In this document: in pieces, positions 40,022 to 49,820 of the stretch
Layout: the number at the start of each line of letters is the position of its first letter
Position numbering within the stretch: the stretch's first letter is position 1
NCBI GenBank assembly: GCA_965223265.1
Contig: OZ244999.1
Span: 6,496,001-6,560,000 of the forward strand
Reading direction: 5' to 3'
Length of the DNA: 64,000 bases
Origin: Planctomycetota bacterium
GTDB taxonomy: Bacteria > Planctomycetota > UBA8108 > SXIK01
Translations under genes and position numbers: made by a program
The notes under the pieces: generated by a model
Database searches by the model: none
What the model saw: only the letters and a program-made list of their open reading frames with translations
Told to the model about the DNA's origin: nothing

Positions 40022-41011
40022 TCACGCTTCAGTCCCCACGCAGAGCTCCTGGATCTCGGTCGCGTTGCCAACGGAGTGAACTTTCAGTTCAGGGGCAACT
40101 CCTTTGACGAGGCCCTGGAGCACCCGTCCAGGGCCTAGCTCGAGTGCCTCCTGTGGGCGGCTCTCACCGACCAAGGATTGAACGATCGCAACCCACTGAA
40201 CGCTGCTCTCGACTTGGCGGATCAGCCCGTCGCGGATTTCCTCCGGATCGCTGACGGCTCGGCCAGTGACGTTCGAGTAAAACGCAACGCGTGGCGGGGA
40301 GATGCGCAGCGTCGTGAGCAGCGGTCGCAATTGCTGCGTCGCTGGCGCCATCAGCTCGGAATGATAGGCACCCGCGACGCGAAGCGGAACAGCGCGACGC
40401 GCACCGGCCTCCTTGAGCAATTCGCTCGTGGCGGCGACGGCTTCCTTGGTGCCGGAGATCACCGTCTGCTTCGGCGAGTTATAGTTCGCAATGCCAACGC
40501 GGTGCCCTGACGCACGTGCGCCCGCGACAACACGCTCCACAGCCGACGCGTCGAGCCCCAAGACCGACGCCATGGCGCCAGCCTCAGCGTCACACGCCTG
40601 TTGCATGAACTCGCCGCGACGGGCGACGATCTCGAGGGCGTCGTCGAACTCCAAGCTTGCCGCGAAGACGAGCGCAGAATACTCTCCGAGGCTGAGGCCG
40701 GCCGTCGCGCAGGCGTCGCTGTCGGTACAAAACGGCCCAGCTCCGACACCGAGCTCGCGGAGCACTTCAAGTACTGCCATGGAATGGAGAAAGATCACCG
40801 GCTGGCTGATGCGGGTTGAGTTGAGGAGCGCCTCGGGGCCGTCACGGCAAATCTCGAGGTAGTCCACGCCGCGGCGCTCACGCGCTCGGTCAAACACCTT
40901 TTGGGCCGCTGGATAGGCCGCGGCCAAGTCGACGGCCATGCCAAGATGTTGGGCTCCCTGCCCGGGAAAAAGGAACGCGTTTCCCGAAGCCTTTAGCGAA
41001 AGGTCTGCCAT
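40022..41011 (-). CDS. fabD: Malonyl-CoA:ACP transacylase
   Basis: FPGQGAQ, GLSLGEY, VAGAYHS, ELGPG. Start ATG 41011. Confidence 0.95.
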   Translation of the reverse strand: MADLSLKASGNAFLFPGQGAQHLGMAVDLAAAYPAAQKVFDRARERRGVDYLEICRDGPEALLNSTRISQPVIFLHSMAVLEVLRELGVGAGPFCTDSDACATAGLSLGEYSALVFAASLEFDDALEIVARRGEFMQQACDAEAGAMASVLGLDASAVERVVAGARASGHRVGIANYNSPKQTVISGTKEAVAATSELLKEAGARRAVPLRVAGAYHSELMAPATQQLRPLLTTLRISPPRVAFYSNVTGRAVSDPEEIRDGLIRQVESSVQWVAIVQSLVGESRPQEALELGPGRVLQGLVKGVAPELKVHSVGNATEIQELCVGTEA

Positions 41012-41058
41012 GTCGGTTGCTCCCGGATGCAATGTGGCCTTTTCAGCTCGTCCCCCCG

Positions 41059-42063
41059 TCACCACCGCAGCAGGTTGTAGCCCCAGGTGAGACCAGCTCC
41101 GAACGCCACCAAAAGGACGATATCTCCACGGTTCAATCGTCCCGCCGCAACCGCCTCATCGAGCGCGATCGGAATGCTCGCGGCAGAGGTGTTGCCGTAC
41201 TTCTCCAGGTTGAGGTGAAGGCGGTTTTCGTCGATCGGAATCTTCTTGAGCGCCGCCTCAATGATCCGATGGTTTACCTGGTGCGGCACGACACACGCGA
41301 TGTCATCGACTTTGAGGTTGTTGCGCTCGAGTGCCGTCTCAATCAATTCGATCATGCTACGAGTCGCGAACTTGAAAACCTCTTTGCCATTCATTGTGAG
41401 GAAGTGCTGACGCGCTTCCACAGTCTCATGCGTTGCCGGCGCTGCTGATCCGCCGGCGCGAATCTCGATCAGGTCTGCCCCGCTGCCATCAGCGCACAAG
41501 TAGTTATCGATGACGGCGGGTCCGGTGGCGGCAACGGTCGTATCCTTCTCACCGCTGCGGCTGAGAACAACCGCACCGGCGCCATCCCCGAACAGAATGC
41601 ACGTGCCGCGATCTTCGTAGTCGATCACTCTCGACAGCGTCTCCGCTCCGATGACGAGCAAGTTGCGGTACATTCCTGTCTGGATCAACGAGCTCCCGAC
41701 CGTAACGCCGTAAACGAAACCAGTACAAGCCGCGCTCAGATCGAATGCAGCCGCACGCTCGCAGCCAAGTTCGCGCTGCACATATACGGCGCCGGCCGGC
41801 ATATACGTGTCTGGCGTGACGGTGCACAGGATGACAGCTTCAATCTCACTCGCCTCACGCTCGGCTGCAGCGAGCGCTTGTCGCGCCGCCTGGATTGCCA
41901 GATCGCTCGTCGACTCACCCTCTGCAGCGATCCGCCGCTCGCGGATGCCGGTGCGCTGCAGGATCCACTCATCGCTCGTGTCGACGATCTTTTCGAGATC
42001 GGCGTTCGTCAACCGTCTCTCCGGCACGTAGGAACCGGTGCCCGCGATATAGCAGTCGTACAT
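41059..42063 (-). CDS. fabH: 3-oxoacyl-ACP synthase III
   Basis: RTGIRERR, AACTGF, LFGDGAGA, PHQVN, GNTSAAS, FGAGLTWG. Confidence 0.96.
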   Translation of the reverse strand: MYDCYIAGTGSYVPERRLTNADLEKIVDTSDEWILQRTGIRERRIAAEGESTSDLAIQAARQALAAAEREASEIEAVILCTVTPDTYMPAGAVYVQRELGCERAAAFDLSAACTGFVYGVTVGSSLIQTGMYRNLLVIGAETLSRVIDYEDRGTCILFGDGAGAVVLSRSGEKDTTVAATGPAVIDNYLCADGSGADLIEIRAGGSAAPATHETVEARQHFLTMNGKEVFKFATRSMIELIETALERNNLKVDDIACVVPHQVNHRIIEAALKKIPIDENRLHLNLEKYGNTSAASIPIALDEAVAAGRLNRGDIVLLVAFGAGLTWGYNLLRW

Positions 42064-42255
42064 CAAAAATCCTCAGGATAGTGGAGGTCCAGACGACGAT
42101 CGCGGCGCATGATCGCACCGCTCAGCAGAAGCCATCGTCATAGTGGGGATTTTGCGTCAGGACCAACCATCGTTCCACCTGGTCTCACTGGGAACGCCAC
42201 ATCGGTGACGCAGAACAACATCGGCGGACCTTGGTCCCCGGGTATTCCGCGGAGA

Positions 42256-42284
42256 ATACTAGTCAAAACAGGTCCAAAGGTCAA
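42256..42284 (-). promoter_or_regulatory. Internal sigma70-type promoter upstream of fabH
   Basis: TTGACC-17 bp-TAGTAT. Confidence 0.55.
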
Positions 42285-42644
42285 TTGCAGAAACACTTAA
42301 CAGCACGCGGAAACGGTGCCAAGCCGAAATCTGGCCTCTTCGCCGTACCGGATCGGCTGCGCCGTCGCAAAATCCGGCGATGCGCATTCGGCGATGTCGC
42401 AGTCCACCGATGTCGATCCGGCGATGTTGCAACCCCGCGATTCCGCCTCGCACCCGCACCCGAAGGGACCCTGCCGGCTCGCGACGCGTCGGTGGCGCCG
42501 TCGTCGCACGGGCGACGATTTCCCCCCGCAACCGCGGCTGGCGCAAGAGTCAGAGCGACTTGCCGCCGCGCGGCCGCACCCGTGCCGCACGGAAAAGTTG
42601 CCTTAGCCTCGAGTTTGGGCGTTCGGATCGATCGGACACGTCCG

Positions 42645-43673
42645 TCACTCAGCGTCGATCTGCCGCACTGCTGCACTGATCTTGCGGTTCAGATTGGTAT
42701 CCACCATGCGCGTGGCGAATCCAATCGCGTTCGCAATGGCCCGGTGATCGGACCTACCATGGGCGATGATCGTGACGCCATGGACGCCCAGCAGGGGCGC
42801 ACCCCCATACTCGGAGTAGTGAAACCGGCGCGCCAGGCTTTCGAGGCGAGTCGACGAGCTGCCGTCGGATGCGTGCTGCCCGGGCGCACTCCGCGGCAAA
42901 CCGCGAACAAAGTCGCTGAAGACCACCATCAACCTCTCGGCGAGCCCTTCGGCAACCTTGAGTACGACGTTGCCGACAAACCCGTCGCAGACAACCACGT
43001 GGCAACCGCCGTTGAAGATATCGCCCCCCTCGACGTTGCCCACATAGTGGAGATCGGTCTGGTCAAAGAGCGCGTGCGTCGACTTGACGAGGGCATGCCC
43101 CTTCTCGCTCTCGGCACCGATGTTCAGCAAACCGACGCGCGGCCGATCGATTCTGAGAACGTCCAGCGCGTAGAGATTGGCCATCAGTCCGTACTGCAGC
43201 ATATGAATCGCCCGCGGACTGACATTCGCCCCGGCGTCAATGACGACGACGGGCTGCTCTCCTGCCGGCAGAACGACGGCAATTCCGGCCCGCTTGACAC
43301 CCGGAAGCAGGCCAAGAATGAGAGTGGCAGCGGCGACGCAGGCGCCCGTGTTGCCCGCGCTCAGCATCGCGCTGGCTTTTCCCTCTTTGAGCAGTTTCGC
43401 CATCACCTCGATCGACGAGCCACGGTTGCGGCGCAGCGCCTCGACGGGAGAGTCTCCCATGCCCACGACCCCCTCCGCGTGAACAATCTCAAGCTGGCCG
43501 GAGACCGCGGTGGCACTCGCGAGCGCGTCCAGTTCCGCTCGGATCAGCTCCTGCCGACCTACCAGCAACAAACGGAGGTCCGCGTCGCTGCGGGCCGCCT
43601 CAACCGCCCCTCTCACAATCTCCCCAGGGGCACGGTCGCCACCCATGGCGTCGATTGCGACCGTGCAGGTCAA
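42645..43673 (-). CDS. plsX: Phosphate acyltransferase PlsX
   Basis: AIDAMGGD.AP, SAGNTGA, DAGAN, CDGFVGN, YGGAPLLG. Confidence 0.96.
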   Translation of the reverse strand: MTCTVAIDAMGGDRAPGEIVRGAVEAARSDADLRLLLVGRQELIRAELDALASATAVSGQLEIVHAEGVVGMGDSPVEALRRNRGSSIEVMAKLLKEGKASAMLSAGNTGACVAAATLILGLLPGVKRAGIAVVLPAGEQPVVVIDAGANVSPRAIHMLQYGLMANLYALDVLRIDRPRVGLLNIGAESEKGHALVKSTHALFDQTDLHYVGNVEGGDIFNGGCHVVVCDGFVGNVVLKVAEGLAERLMVVFSDFVRGLPRSAPGQHASDGSSSTRLESLARRFHYSEYGGAPLLGVHGVTIIAHGRSDHRAIANAIGFATRMVDTNLNRKISAAVRQIDAE

Positions 43674-43676
43674 GAC

Positions 43677-43862
43677 CTAGAAACCTTCCTCGACAGCGAT
43701 GACCGACTTGCCGCGGTAGTAGCCACACTCGCCACAAACGGTGTGCCTCTCTTTGGCAGCTCCGCAGCGCGAGCACTTGATGAGAGTGACCGCTTGGAGG
43801 GCGAGGTGCGAACGCCGGATGCCCTTGCGGGACTTGGAGGTTTTCCGTTTAGGTACTGCCAT
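43677..43862 (-). CDS. rpmF: 50S ribosomal protein L32 (zinc-ribbon type)
   Basis: MAVPKRKTSKSRK..CSRC..HTVCGECGYY. Confidence 0.98.
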   Translation of the reverse strand: MAVPKRKTSKSRKGIRRSHLALQAVTLIKCSRCGAAKERHTVCGECGYYRGKSVIAVEEGF

Positions 43863-43995
43863 GAGTGATGCCGCCCTTCGTTGCGGTTAGGTGCGCTGCA
43901 AACTTGTGCGCAGAGTCGCAGCTGTCCAGTCTCCGCAGCGCAGACAAGCGACTCGCAGCACGGCGGTCAGGGACCCCGTGCCGAAGAAACGCGAT

Positions 43996-44024
43996 ATTCT
44001 AAGCAGCTCGCCCACCACTGTCAA
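43996..44024 (-). promoter_or_regulatory. Strong sigma70-type promoter for rpmF-plsX
   Basis: TTGACA-17 bp-TAGAAT. Confidence 0.7.
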
Positions 44025-44158
44025 AATCAATTCAATGCGCCAGGATACGCCCGAGACGACCCGCAGTCAGCGGGGTTCGTTCCCGATGGCACGTTGGATG
44101 TGTGCGCCGACACCGGCACGACGACAGACCTTGCCCGGTCCCGTTGTGACAGCCTTTT

Positions 44159-46753
44159 TCAGCCACCCAGGCGTTGGAGCACGGCCTGATACGCCGCGTC
44201 GACGGCTGGCGCGAGCTTTGCCTCCTCAAATCGCCCCCCTGCCTGCACCATCTGCGGGCGTCCGCCGCCGCGAGCCCCGAGGACCCCACCCGGCGCTTTA
44301 AAGAGCTCCCTGGCGTCCACTCCTTCGTCGACCAGCGCCTGGCTCACGGCCATCAGAACGCCGAGACGACCGCCCGCCGTGCCGATCAAGAGAGCGACCA
44401 AGCGTGAGCTCTCCTTCTTCAACCGGTCATACTGATCCCGGAGCCCCTTACCGTCAACCTCGGGCAGAATCGCGCCGACGAAGAGCGCGTCGCCGACACT
44501 TTCGCGCCGAACATCCCCGCTCTCCTGGGCGCCCGCCGTGGCTCCCGCCTTGAGTTTTTGCTTCAAGTCGCGGTTCTCCGTCAACAGCTTCTCAACGCGT
44601 TCGAGCACGGCGGCGGGCTGCACCTTGAGCGCAGCGGCGATGTCGCGCAGGCGCTCGGAATTGGATCTGTGCAGAGCCTCCGCCGTGGCAGCGGTCAACG
44701 CCTCGACGCGCCGAACCCCCGACGACACCGACCCCTCTGCGGCGATGAGAAACGGGCCGATCTCACCGGTCCGGGCCACGTGGGTGCCGCCACAGAGCTC
44801 CATCGAAAAATCACCCATCTGGACGACTCGCACGGCGTCGCCATACTTCTCTCCGAAAAGCGCCATGGCACCCCGCTTGACCGCGTCTTCGTAATCGGTT
44901 TCGAACGTCTCGACCGGCAAGTCATCGAGGATTTTTTCGCGCACGAGATCCTCTGCCTTCTCAAGCTCCTCGGGCGTGAAAGCGTTGAAGTGTGTGACGT
45001 CGAATCGCAGGCGTTCGTCCGCCACCAACGATCCCTTTTGGCGCACATGATCTCCCGCCACCTGGCGCAGTGCGGCGTGCAACAGGTGAGTCGCCGAATG
45101 GTTTCTCTGAATGGCGCGGCGGCGATCTCGATCGACGACGCCGCGCGCTGGGACACCGCGGATCAAGTCACCGGCATCGCCGCTGACAAATTTCGCCAGG
45201 TGGACGATGCGCCCGCCTTCCTTCTGGGTGTCAATGACTCGCAGTCGAAACGTGTCAGACTCGATCCACCCTGTGTCGCCAACCTGTCCACCCGCCTCGG
45301 CATAAAAGGGTGAATCTGACAGCAAAATCTGCCACGTCGAGTCGACTTCCCGCGCTGCAACGATCTCCCCCTCTCCTTGCATCGAAGCGTAGCCGCAGAA
45401 TCGCGTCTCCGGGAGGTCGTCGCCCCATCCCGCCAGTGAGTTGACTTGAGAAGCGAACTGAGTCGAACCACGCGACCGCTCTCGCTGATCGGCCATGCGC
45501 TGTTCGAAGCCTTCGAGGTCAACCTGGAAGCCAATCTCGTCAGCCATCCTCTCGACCAGGTCGACTGGAAAGCCGAATGTGTCATAGAGCTTGAAGAGGT
45601 CGGCCCCAGGGATACGTTTCTTACCCGCCTTCGCGAGCCGTTTCGCGGTCTCCTCGAAGAGCTCGATTCCAGTATCGAGCGTCTCGCCGAAGCGCTCTTC
45701 CTCGTTGCTGACAAGTCGCGCGATCAGTGCAGAATTCTGGCGAATCTCGGGGTAATCCTCCCCCATAGTGTCGACGACGACATCCACCAGATGCTCAAGG
45801 ATCGGTCCGCCGGTGTAGATCTTGCGACCGTAACGTGCGGCACGGCGGAGAATACGTCGCAAAACGTAACCGCTACCCTCGTTGGACGGCTGGGCTCCAT
45901 CCCCCAACGCGAAGACGAGAGATCGGATGTGATCGGCCAAGACGCGGTGCGGCACGCCTTCTGGGCCAGCGTCGTACGGCACGCCTGTGATCTCCTCGAT
46001 CCGCTGGATCAGCGCCGTGAAGAGATCGATTCCGTAGGCGGAGTCGACGTCTTGTAGGATCATTGCCACGCGTTCAAGCCCCATGCCGGTATCGATACTG
46101 GGCCTCGGAAGCGGTTCCTTGTCGCCACCCGGCTTTTGATCGAACTGCATGAAGACGAGGTTCCAAATCTCGAAGAAACGCTCGCCGTTGTCGACGTCCG
46201 CAGGGCCGAAGGCGTCGCCCCGATCGAAGAGGATCTCCGAGCACGGGCCGCAAGGACCGACGTCGCCCATACTCCAGTAGTTGTCTTTCTCCCCCATGTC
46301 GACGACTCGCTCCTCGGGCAATCCCGTGACCCGGCGCCAGATCTTGCGCGACTCGGCATCCTCATGGAACACGGTAACCCAGAGTCGATCCGGGGACAGT
46401 CCTAGGCGCTCGACGACCAGCTCCCACGCAAACTCGATCGCCCCTTCCTTGAAGTAATCGCCAAACGAAAAATTGCCAAGCATCTCGAAAAACGTGAGAT
46501 GGCGCGTCGTGTACCCGACGTTGTCGAGGTCGTTGTGCTTGCCACCGGCGCGGATGCACTTCTGCGCCGTCGTGGCGCGGGGAAACTTCGACTTCACCTT
46601 GCCCGTGAAGACTTCCTTGAATTGGTTCATGCCGGCGTTGGTGAACAAGAGGGTCGGATCCCCATGCGGCACCACAGAGCTCGACGGCACGACGACGTGT
46701 CCACGCTCTTCGAAATAGCTCAGGAACTGACGACGGATTTCGCTAGCCTTCAT
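44159..46753 (-). CDS. alaS: Alanine--tRNA ligase
   Basis: LFTNAGMNQFK, HLTFFEMLGNFSFGDYFK, DTGMGLER, HSATHLLH, ELCGGTH, GGGRPQM. Confidence 0.99.
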   Translation of the reverse strand: MKASEIRRQFLSYFEERGHVVVPSSSVVPHGDPTLLFTNAGMNQFKEVFTGKVKSKFPRATTAQKCIRAGGKHNDLDNVGYTTRHLTFFEMLGNFSFGDYFKEGAIEFAWELVVERLGLSPDRLWVTVFHEDAESRKIWRRVTGLPEERVVDMGEKDNYWSMGDVGPCGPCSEILFDRGDAFGPADVDNGERFFEIWNLVFMQFDQKPGGDKEPLPRPSIDTGMGLERVAMILQDVDSAYGIDLFTALIQRIEEITGVPYDAGPEGVPHRVLADHIRSLVFALGDGAQPSNEGSGYVLRRILRRAARYGRKIYTGGPILEHLVDVVVDTMGEDYPEIRQNSALIARLVSNEEERFGETLDTGIELFEETAKRLAKAGKKRIPGADLFKLYDTFGFPVDLVERMADEIGFQVDLEGFEQRMADQRERSRGSTQFASQVNSLAGWGDDLPETRFCGYASMQGEGEIVAAREVDSTWQILLSDSPFYAEAGGQVGDTGWIESDTFRLRVIDTQKEGGRIVHLAKFVSGDAGDLIRGVPARGVVDRDRRRAIQRNHSATHLLHAALRQVAGDHVRQKGSLVADERLRFDVTHFNAFTPEELEKAEDLVREKILDDLPVETFETDYEDAVKRGAMALFGEKYGDAVRVVQMGDFSMELCGGTHVARTGEIGPFLIAAEGSVSSGVRRVEALTAATAEALHRSNSERLRDIAAALKVQPAAVLERVEKLLTENRDLKQKLKAGATAGAQESGDVRRESVGDALFVGAILPEVDGKGLRDQYDRLKKESSRLVALLIGTAGGRLGVLMAVSQALVDEGVDARELFKAPGGVLGARGGGRPQMVQAGGRFEEAKLAPAVDAAYQAVLQRLGG

Positions 46754-46837
46754 GGAAGGAGATCAACTCGCTCCTGCTTAATCTCTGCCGCGCCAAACAC
46801 ATGCAGCGGCGCCTGACGTTGCCTGCGGCGTCTGCCA

Positions 46838-47407
46838 TCACTCTGACGCCTCAAGCTTGACGCACCAGACGCGATCGTAGCGCGGTGCGACGCCAGGCCG
46901 CAGCGTGCTGTGAAGAAGCGCTACATTCTCTACAGTCTGGGCACATCCGGCAAGACCGCTCTCATTCAGGACTTCCTCCCAATTCTCGATCGCCAGTCCG
47001 CGTGGATTTCGCGCTAACGTCACGTGCGGTGACCAGCGTCGCCGCGGAGGCTCAAACCCTATCGCGGCGGCAGCTCTAATGACACGGTCGCACACAACGC
47101 GGAGCTCCTCTTCGCCGGTCTCGAGTCCGACACTGAGCACGCGCGGAGCGACACGACGATGCCCGAGCAAAACAGCGCGCCCCAGCCGCATTTCGAACCG
47201 CTTCACTCCGAGGAGCGACTCGGCGACGCGCCCGTGAAGATCCGCGACCACCTGCGAATCGGCCTCACCCAAGAACTGCAGCGTCAGGTGGAGATTGGCC
47301 GGTGCAACCCATCGCAATCGTGGCAGACTCCGCTCGGCCGCCGGCAGAAAGCTGGCGTAGACGCTGCGGATCTCTGGGTCAAACTCGACGGCTACGAAAG
47401 CTCTCAT
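46838..47407 (-). CDS. thpR: RNA 2',3'-cyclic phosphodiesterase (2H family)
   Basis: MRAFVA and two HxT motifs (LHLTLQFLG, PHVTLAR). Confidence 0.9.
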   Translation of the reverse strand: MRAFVAVEFDPEIRSVYASFLPAAERSLPRLRWVAPANLHLTLQFLGEADSQVVADLHGRVAESLLGVKRFEMRLGRAVLLGHRRVAPRVLSVGLETGEEELRVVCDRVIRAAAAIGFEPPRRRWSPHVTLARNPRGLAIENWEEVLNESGLAGCAQTVENVALLHSTLRPGVAPRYDRVWCVKLEASE

Positions 47408-47619
47408 GGGTTGGATCTCACCACGTGGGGGCGTCTCGGCGACCCTCAAGTTTCGCTTCACTTCGCTTCGGTGCGCGTTTGCGTGGATGTTGGCGACGGC
47501 CCAGTATTTTGAGTCCGCCTCTGTCTCGCATCGGACTCCGTTCCTGCCCGTCTACGCCTCCGGGCGCCACGTTCTCCAGCCGCGGCTCCAACGTCGTCAG
47601 CTCACAGACCGGGAGGTCG

Positions 47620-48522
47620 TCACAGCTTCAAATCGCTGCGAAAACGCTCAAACCGCTGCGCCACCTCGCCTTCTTCGACTGTCGCTATACTGTCAACGCC
47701 GAAATCTTCGACCGTCGTCGAAGCCGCGACGGTGCCATAAGCCATCGCACGTCGGAAGGACACTTCATCGATGTTGCCGACGTCACGAAGGTGTCCCATG
47801 AGAGCGCCAGCAAAGCTATCGCCTGCCCCTGTCGGATCTTGGACCCTCTCAACGGGAAACGCGGGCAGGGCGCTGATGCGTTCCTGGCTGAAGAAGAGCG
47901 AACCATGCTCCCCCTTCTTCACCACGACTCGTTTCGGACCCAGCTCCAAGATTGCCTTGCCTGCGGCGATGAGATTGGGTGCATCGGTGAGCAGCAGAGC
48001 TTCAGAGTCGTTGAGAAGAAGGCCGTCGATCTTGGAGAGCAGCTCGAGCAGCTCTCGCCTTTGGGTCTGGATCCACAGATCCATCGTATCCGCCATGACG
48101 AAAGCCGGGTTCGAGACCTGGTCGAGCACGCTCATCTGCGTCTGCGGGGAGCCGTTCGCAAGAAAGACATACTCGGAGTCGCGGAAGCTGTCCGGAATCT
48201 TCGGCTCAAAGTGCTCGAAGACGTTGAGGTCGACGGACAGCGTCTCGCGGCGATTCATGTCGGGCGAGTATTCCCCACACCAGCGAAACGTCTTGCCTTC
48301 ATCGACAACCTCGAGCCCCTCGAGGTCGATTCCGCGCTGCGTCAAGAATCCCTTGTCCGTGTGCCGAAAGTCTCCGCCGACGACACCGACGAGTCGCACC
48401 TGGCCAAAGAATCGTGCCGCAAGAGAGCAGTACACGGCCGAACCGCCGAGCGCCTCGAACACTTCGCCATGCGGAGTCTTGATGGAGTCGTAGGCGACCG
48501 AACCAACAACCAGTAACGACAT
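47620..48522 (-). CDS. PfkB-family carbohydrate/nucleoside kinase
   Basis: LGGSA, KKGEHG, DPTGAGDSFAG. Confidence 0.92.
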   Translation of the reverse strand: MSLLVVGSVAYDSIKTPHGEVFEALGGSAVYCSLAARFFGQVRLVGVVGGDFRHTDKGFLTQRGIDLEGLEVVDEGKTFRWCGEYSPDMNRRETLSVDLNVFEHFEPKIPDSFRDSEYVFLANGSPQTQMSVLDQVSNPAFVMADTMDLWIQTQRRELLELLSKIDGLLLNDSEALLLTDAPNLIAAGKAILELGPKRVVVKKGEHGSLFFSQERISALPAFPVERVQDPTGAGDSFAGALMGHLRDVGNIDEVSFRRAMAYGTVAASTTVEDFGVDSIATVEEGEVAQRFERFRSDLKL

Positions 48523-48718
48523 GTTCGCCTCCGTGTAGTGGAAAACGCCTGAGAATACTCGATTTACCCGGCCTCCGATAGATCGGCTGCAGAGCTCAAA
48601 AGCTGCAGGGACTCATGGCGGCCGCGCCCTGCGTTGAAGCTGGAAAGCGGCGGTGTTATTCTGGGAAACTCCCATGCGGGCTCTGTCGATCGAGTCCCGA
48701 AACGCTCTGAGGATCACC

Positions 48719-49780
48719 ATGACACGCCGCCTCCAGGTCACGCCCCAAGGGTTCGATGCCGCGATCCTCGACGAGGCTGCGGCGATCCTCAACGAGGGGG
48801 GGATCGTGGTGTTTCCGACTGAGACGGTCTACGGCGTCGGTGCGGTCGCCGACGACGAGGCTGCCGTCGCCCGGCTCACAGCCCTCAAACAGCGCGTCGA
48901 CAAACCGTTCAGCTACCACGTCGCGGACGACGCACAGCTGCGTCAGTTAGTCGACGAACTCCCAGCGGCAGCGCGCGCCCTCGCCGATCGCTACTGGCCC
49001 GGCCCTCTGACCCTGGTCGTTCCAGGTGCCCAAGGGAGTGAGTCGACGATCGGCATCCGCATGCCGGCCGGCGAGATCGCCCGTGAACTGATCCGTGCGA
49101 CGGGGCGTCCCGTCTTCGTCCCCAGTGCCAACCCTGCCGGCGAAGCTCCCGCTCTGACAGCCGACGAAGCTGAGGCCTACTTCGGTGATGGCGTCGACCT
49201 CATCATCGACGGCGGCACAGTTCAGCTCAAACAGTCGTCCACGGTAGTTCAGGTCGAAGACGAACGCTTTCACATTCTCCGCGAGGGAATTATCAGCCGC
49301 GAGATGGTGCACCAATTGATCTGCGGTAAAACGTTTCTCTTTGTCTGCACTGGCAACACATGTCGCAGCCCCATGGCGGCGGCGCTGTTTCGCAAGCACC
49401 TGGCGGCAAAGCTCGGGAAGTCCGCCGACGACCTTGAGGAGGTCGGATACCAGATTCTTTCGGCGGGCACATTCGCCATGCCCGGCGCACACGCAAGCGG
49501 TAACGCAACGGAAATCATGCGCGAACGCGGCTGCGACCTGAGCGGTCATCGGTCACAGCCGGTGTCGGTTGATCTCCTCGGAGCAGCCGACCGCGTCTAC
49601 GCACTGGGGCCGTCCCACCTCGAGGTGCTCCTACAGGTCGATCCTGAACACGCCGGGAGATTCCAAACGCTCGCCGAAGATGGCATCGTCGACCCGATCG
49701 GCGGCAGCCTCGAGATCTACCGCCGCTGCGCTGACGAGATCGAACGTGCCGTGGTGAAGCTCCTGGAAAACTGGAGTTAG
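48719..49780 (+). CDS. Fusion of threonylcarbamoyl-AMP synthase (TsaC/Sua5) and low-molecular-weight protein phosphatase
   Basis: FPTETVYG, WPGPLT, PSANPAG, SSTVV, then FVCTGNTCRSPMA, SAGT and DPIGG. The start could also be 48674. Confidence 0.9.
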   Translation: MTRRLQVTPQGFDAAILDEAAAILNEGGIVVFPTETVYGVGAVADDEAAVARLTALKQRVDKPFSYHVADDAQLRQLVDELPAAARALADRYWPGPLTLVVPGAQGSESTIGIRMPAGEIARELIRATGRPVFVPSANPAGEAPALTADEAEAYFGDGVDLIIDGGTVQLKQSSTVVQVEDERFHILREGIISREMVHQLICGKTFLFVCTGNTCRSPMAAALFRKHLAAKLGKSADDLEEVGYQILSAGTFAMPGAHASGNATEIMRERGCDLSGHRSQPVSVDLLGAADRVYALGPSHLEVLLQVDPEHAGRFQTLAEDGIVDPIGGSLEIYRRCADEIERAVVKLLENWS

Positions 49781-49820
49781 CTAACGCCCTGGCAAGTCAG
49801 CAGCCAAGCGAGTCAGCCGT

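Noticed and set aside
42231-43868. Long plus-strand ORFs such as 42231..43868, 10093..11403, 20143..21495 and 8886..10073
   Set aside because: They are antisense shadows of well-supported minus-strand genes, as expected in high-GC DNA.
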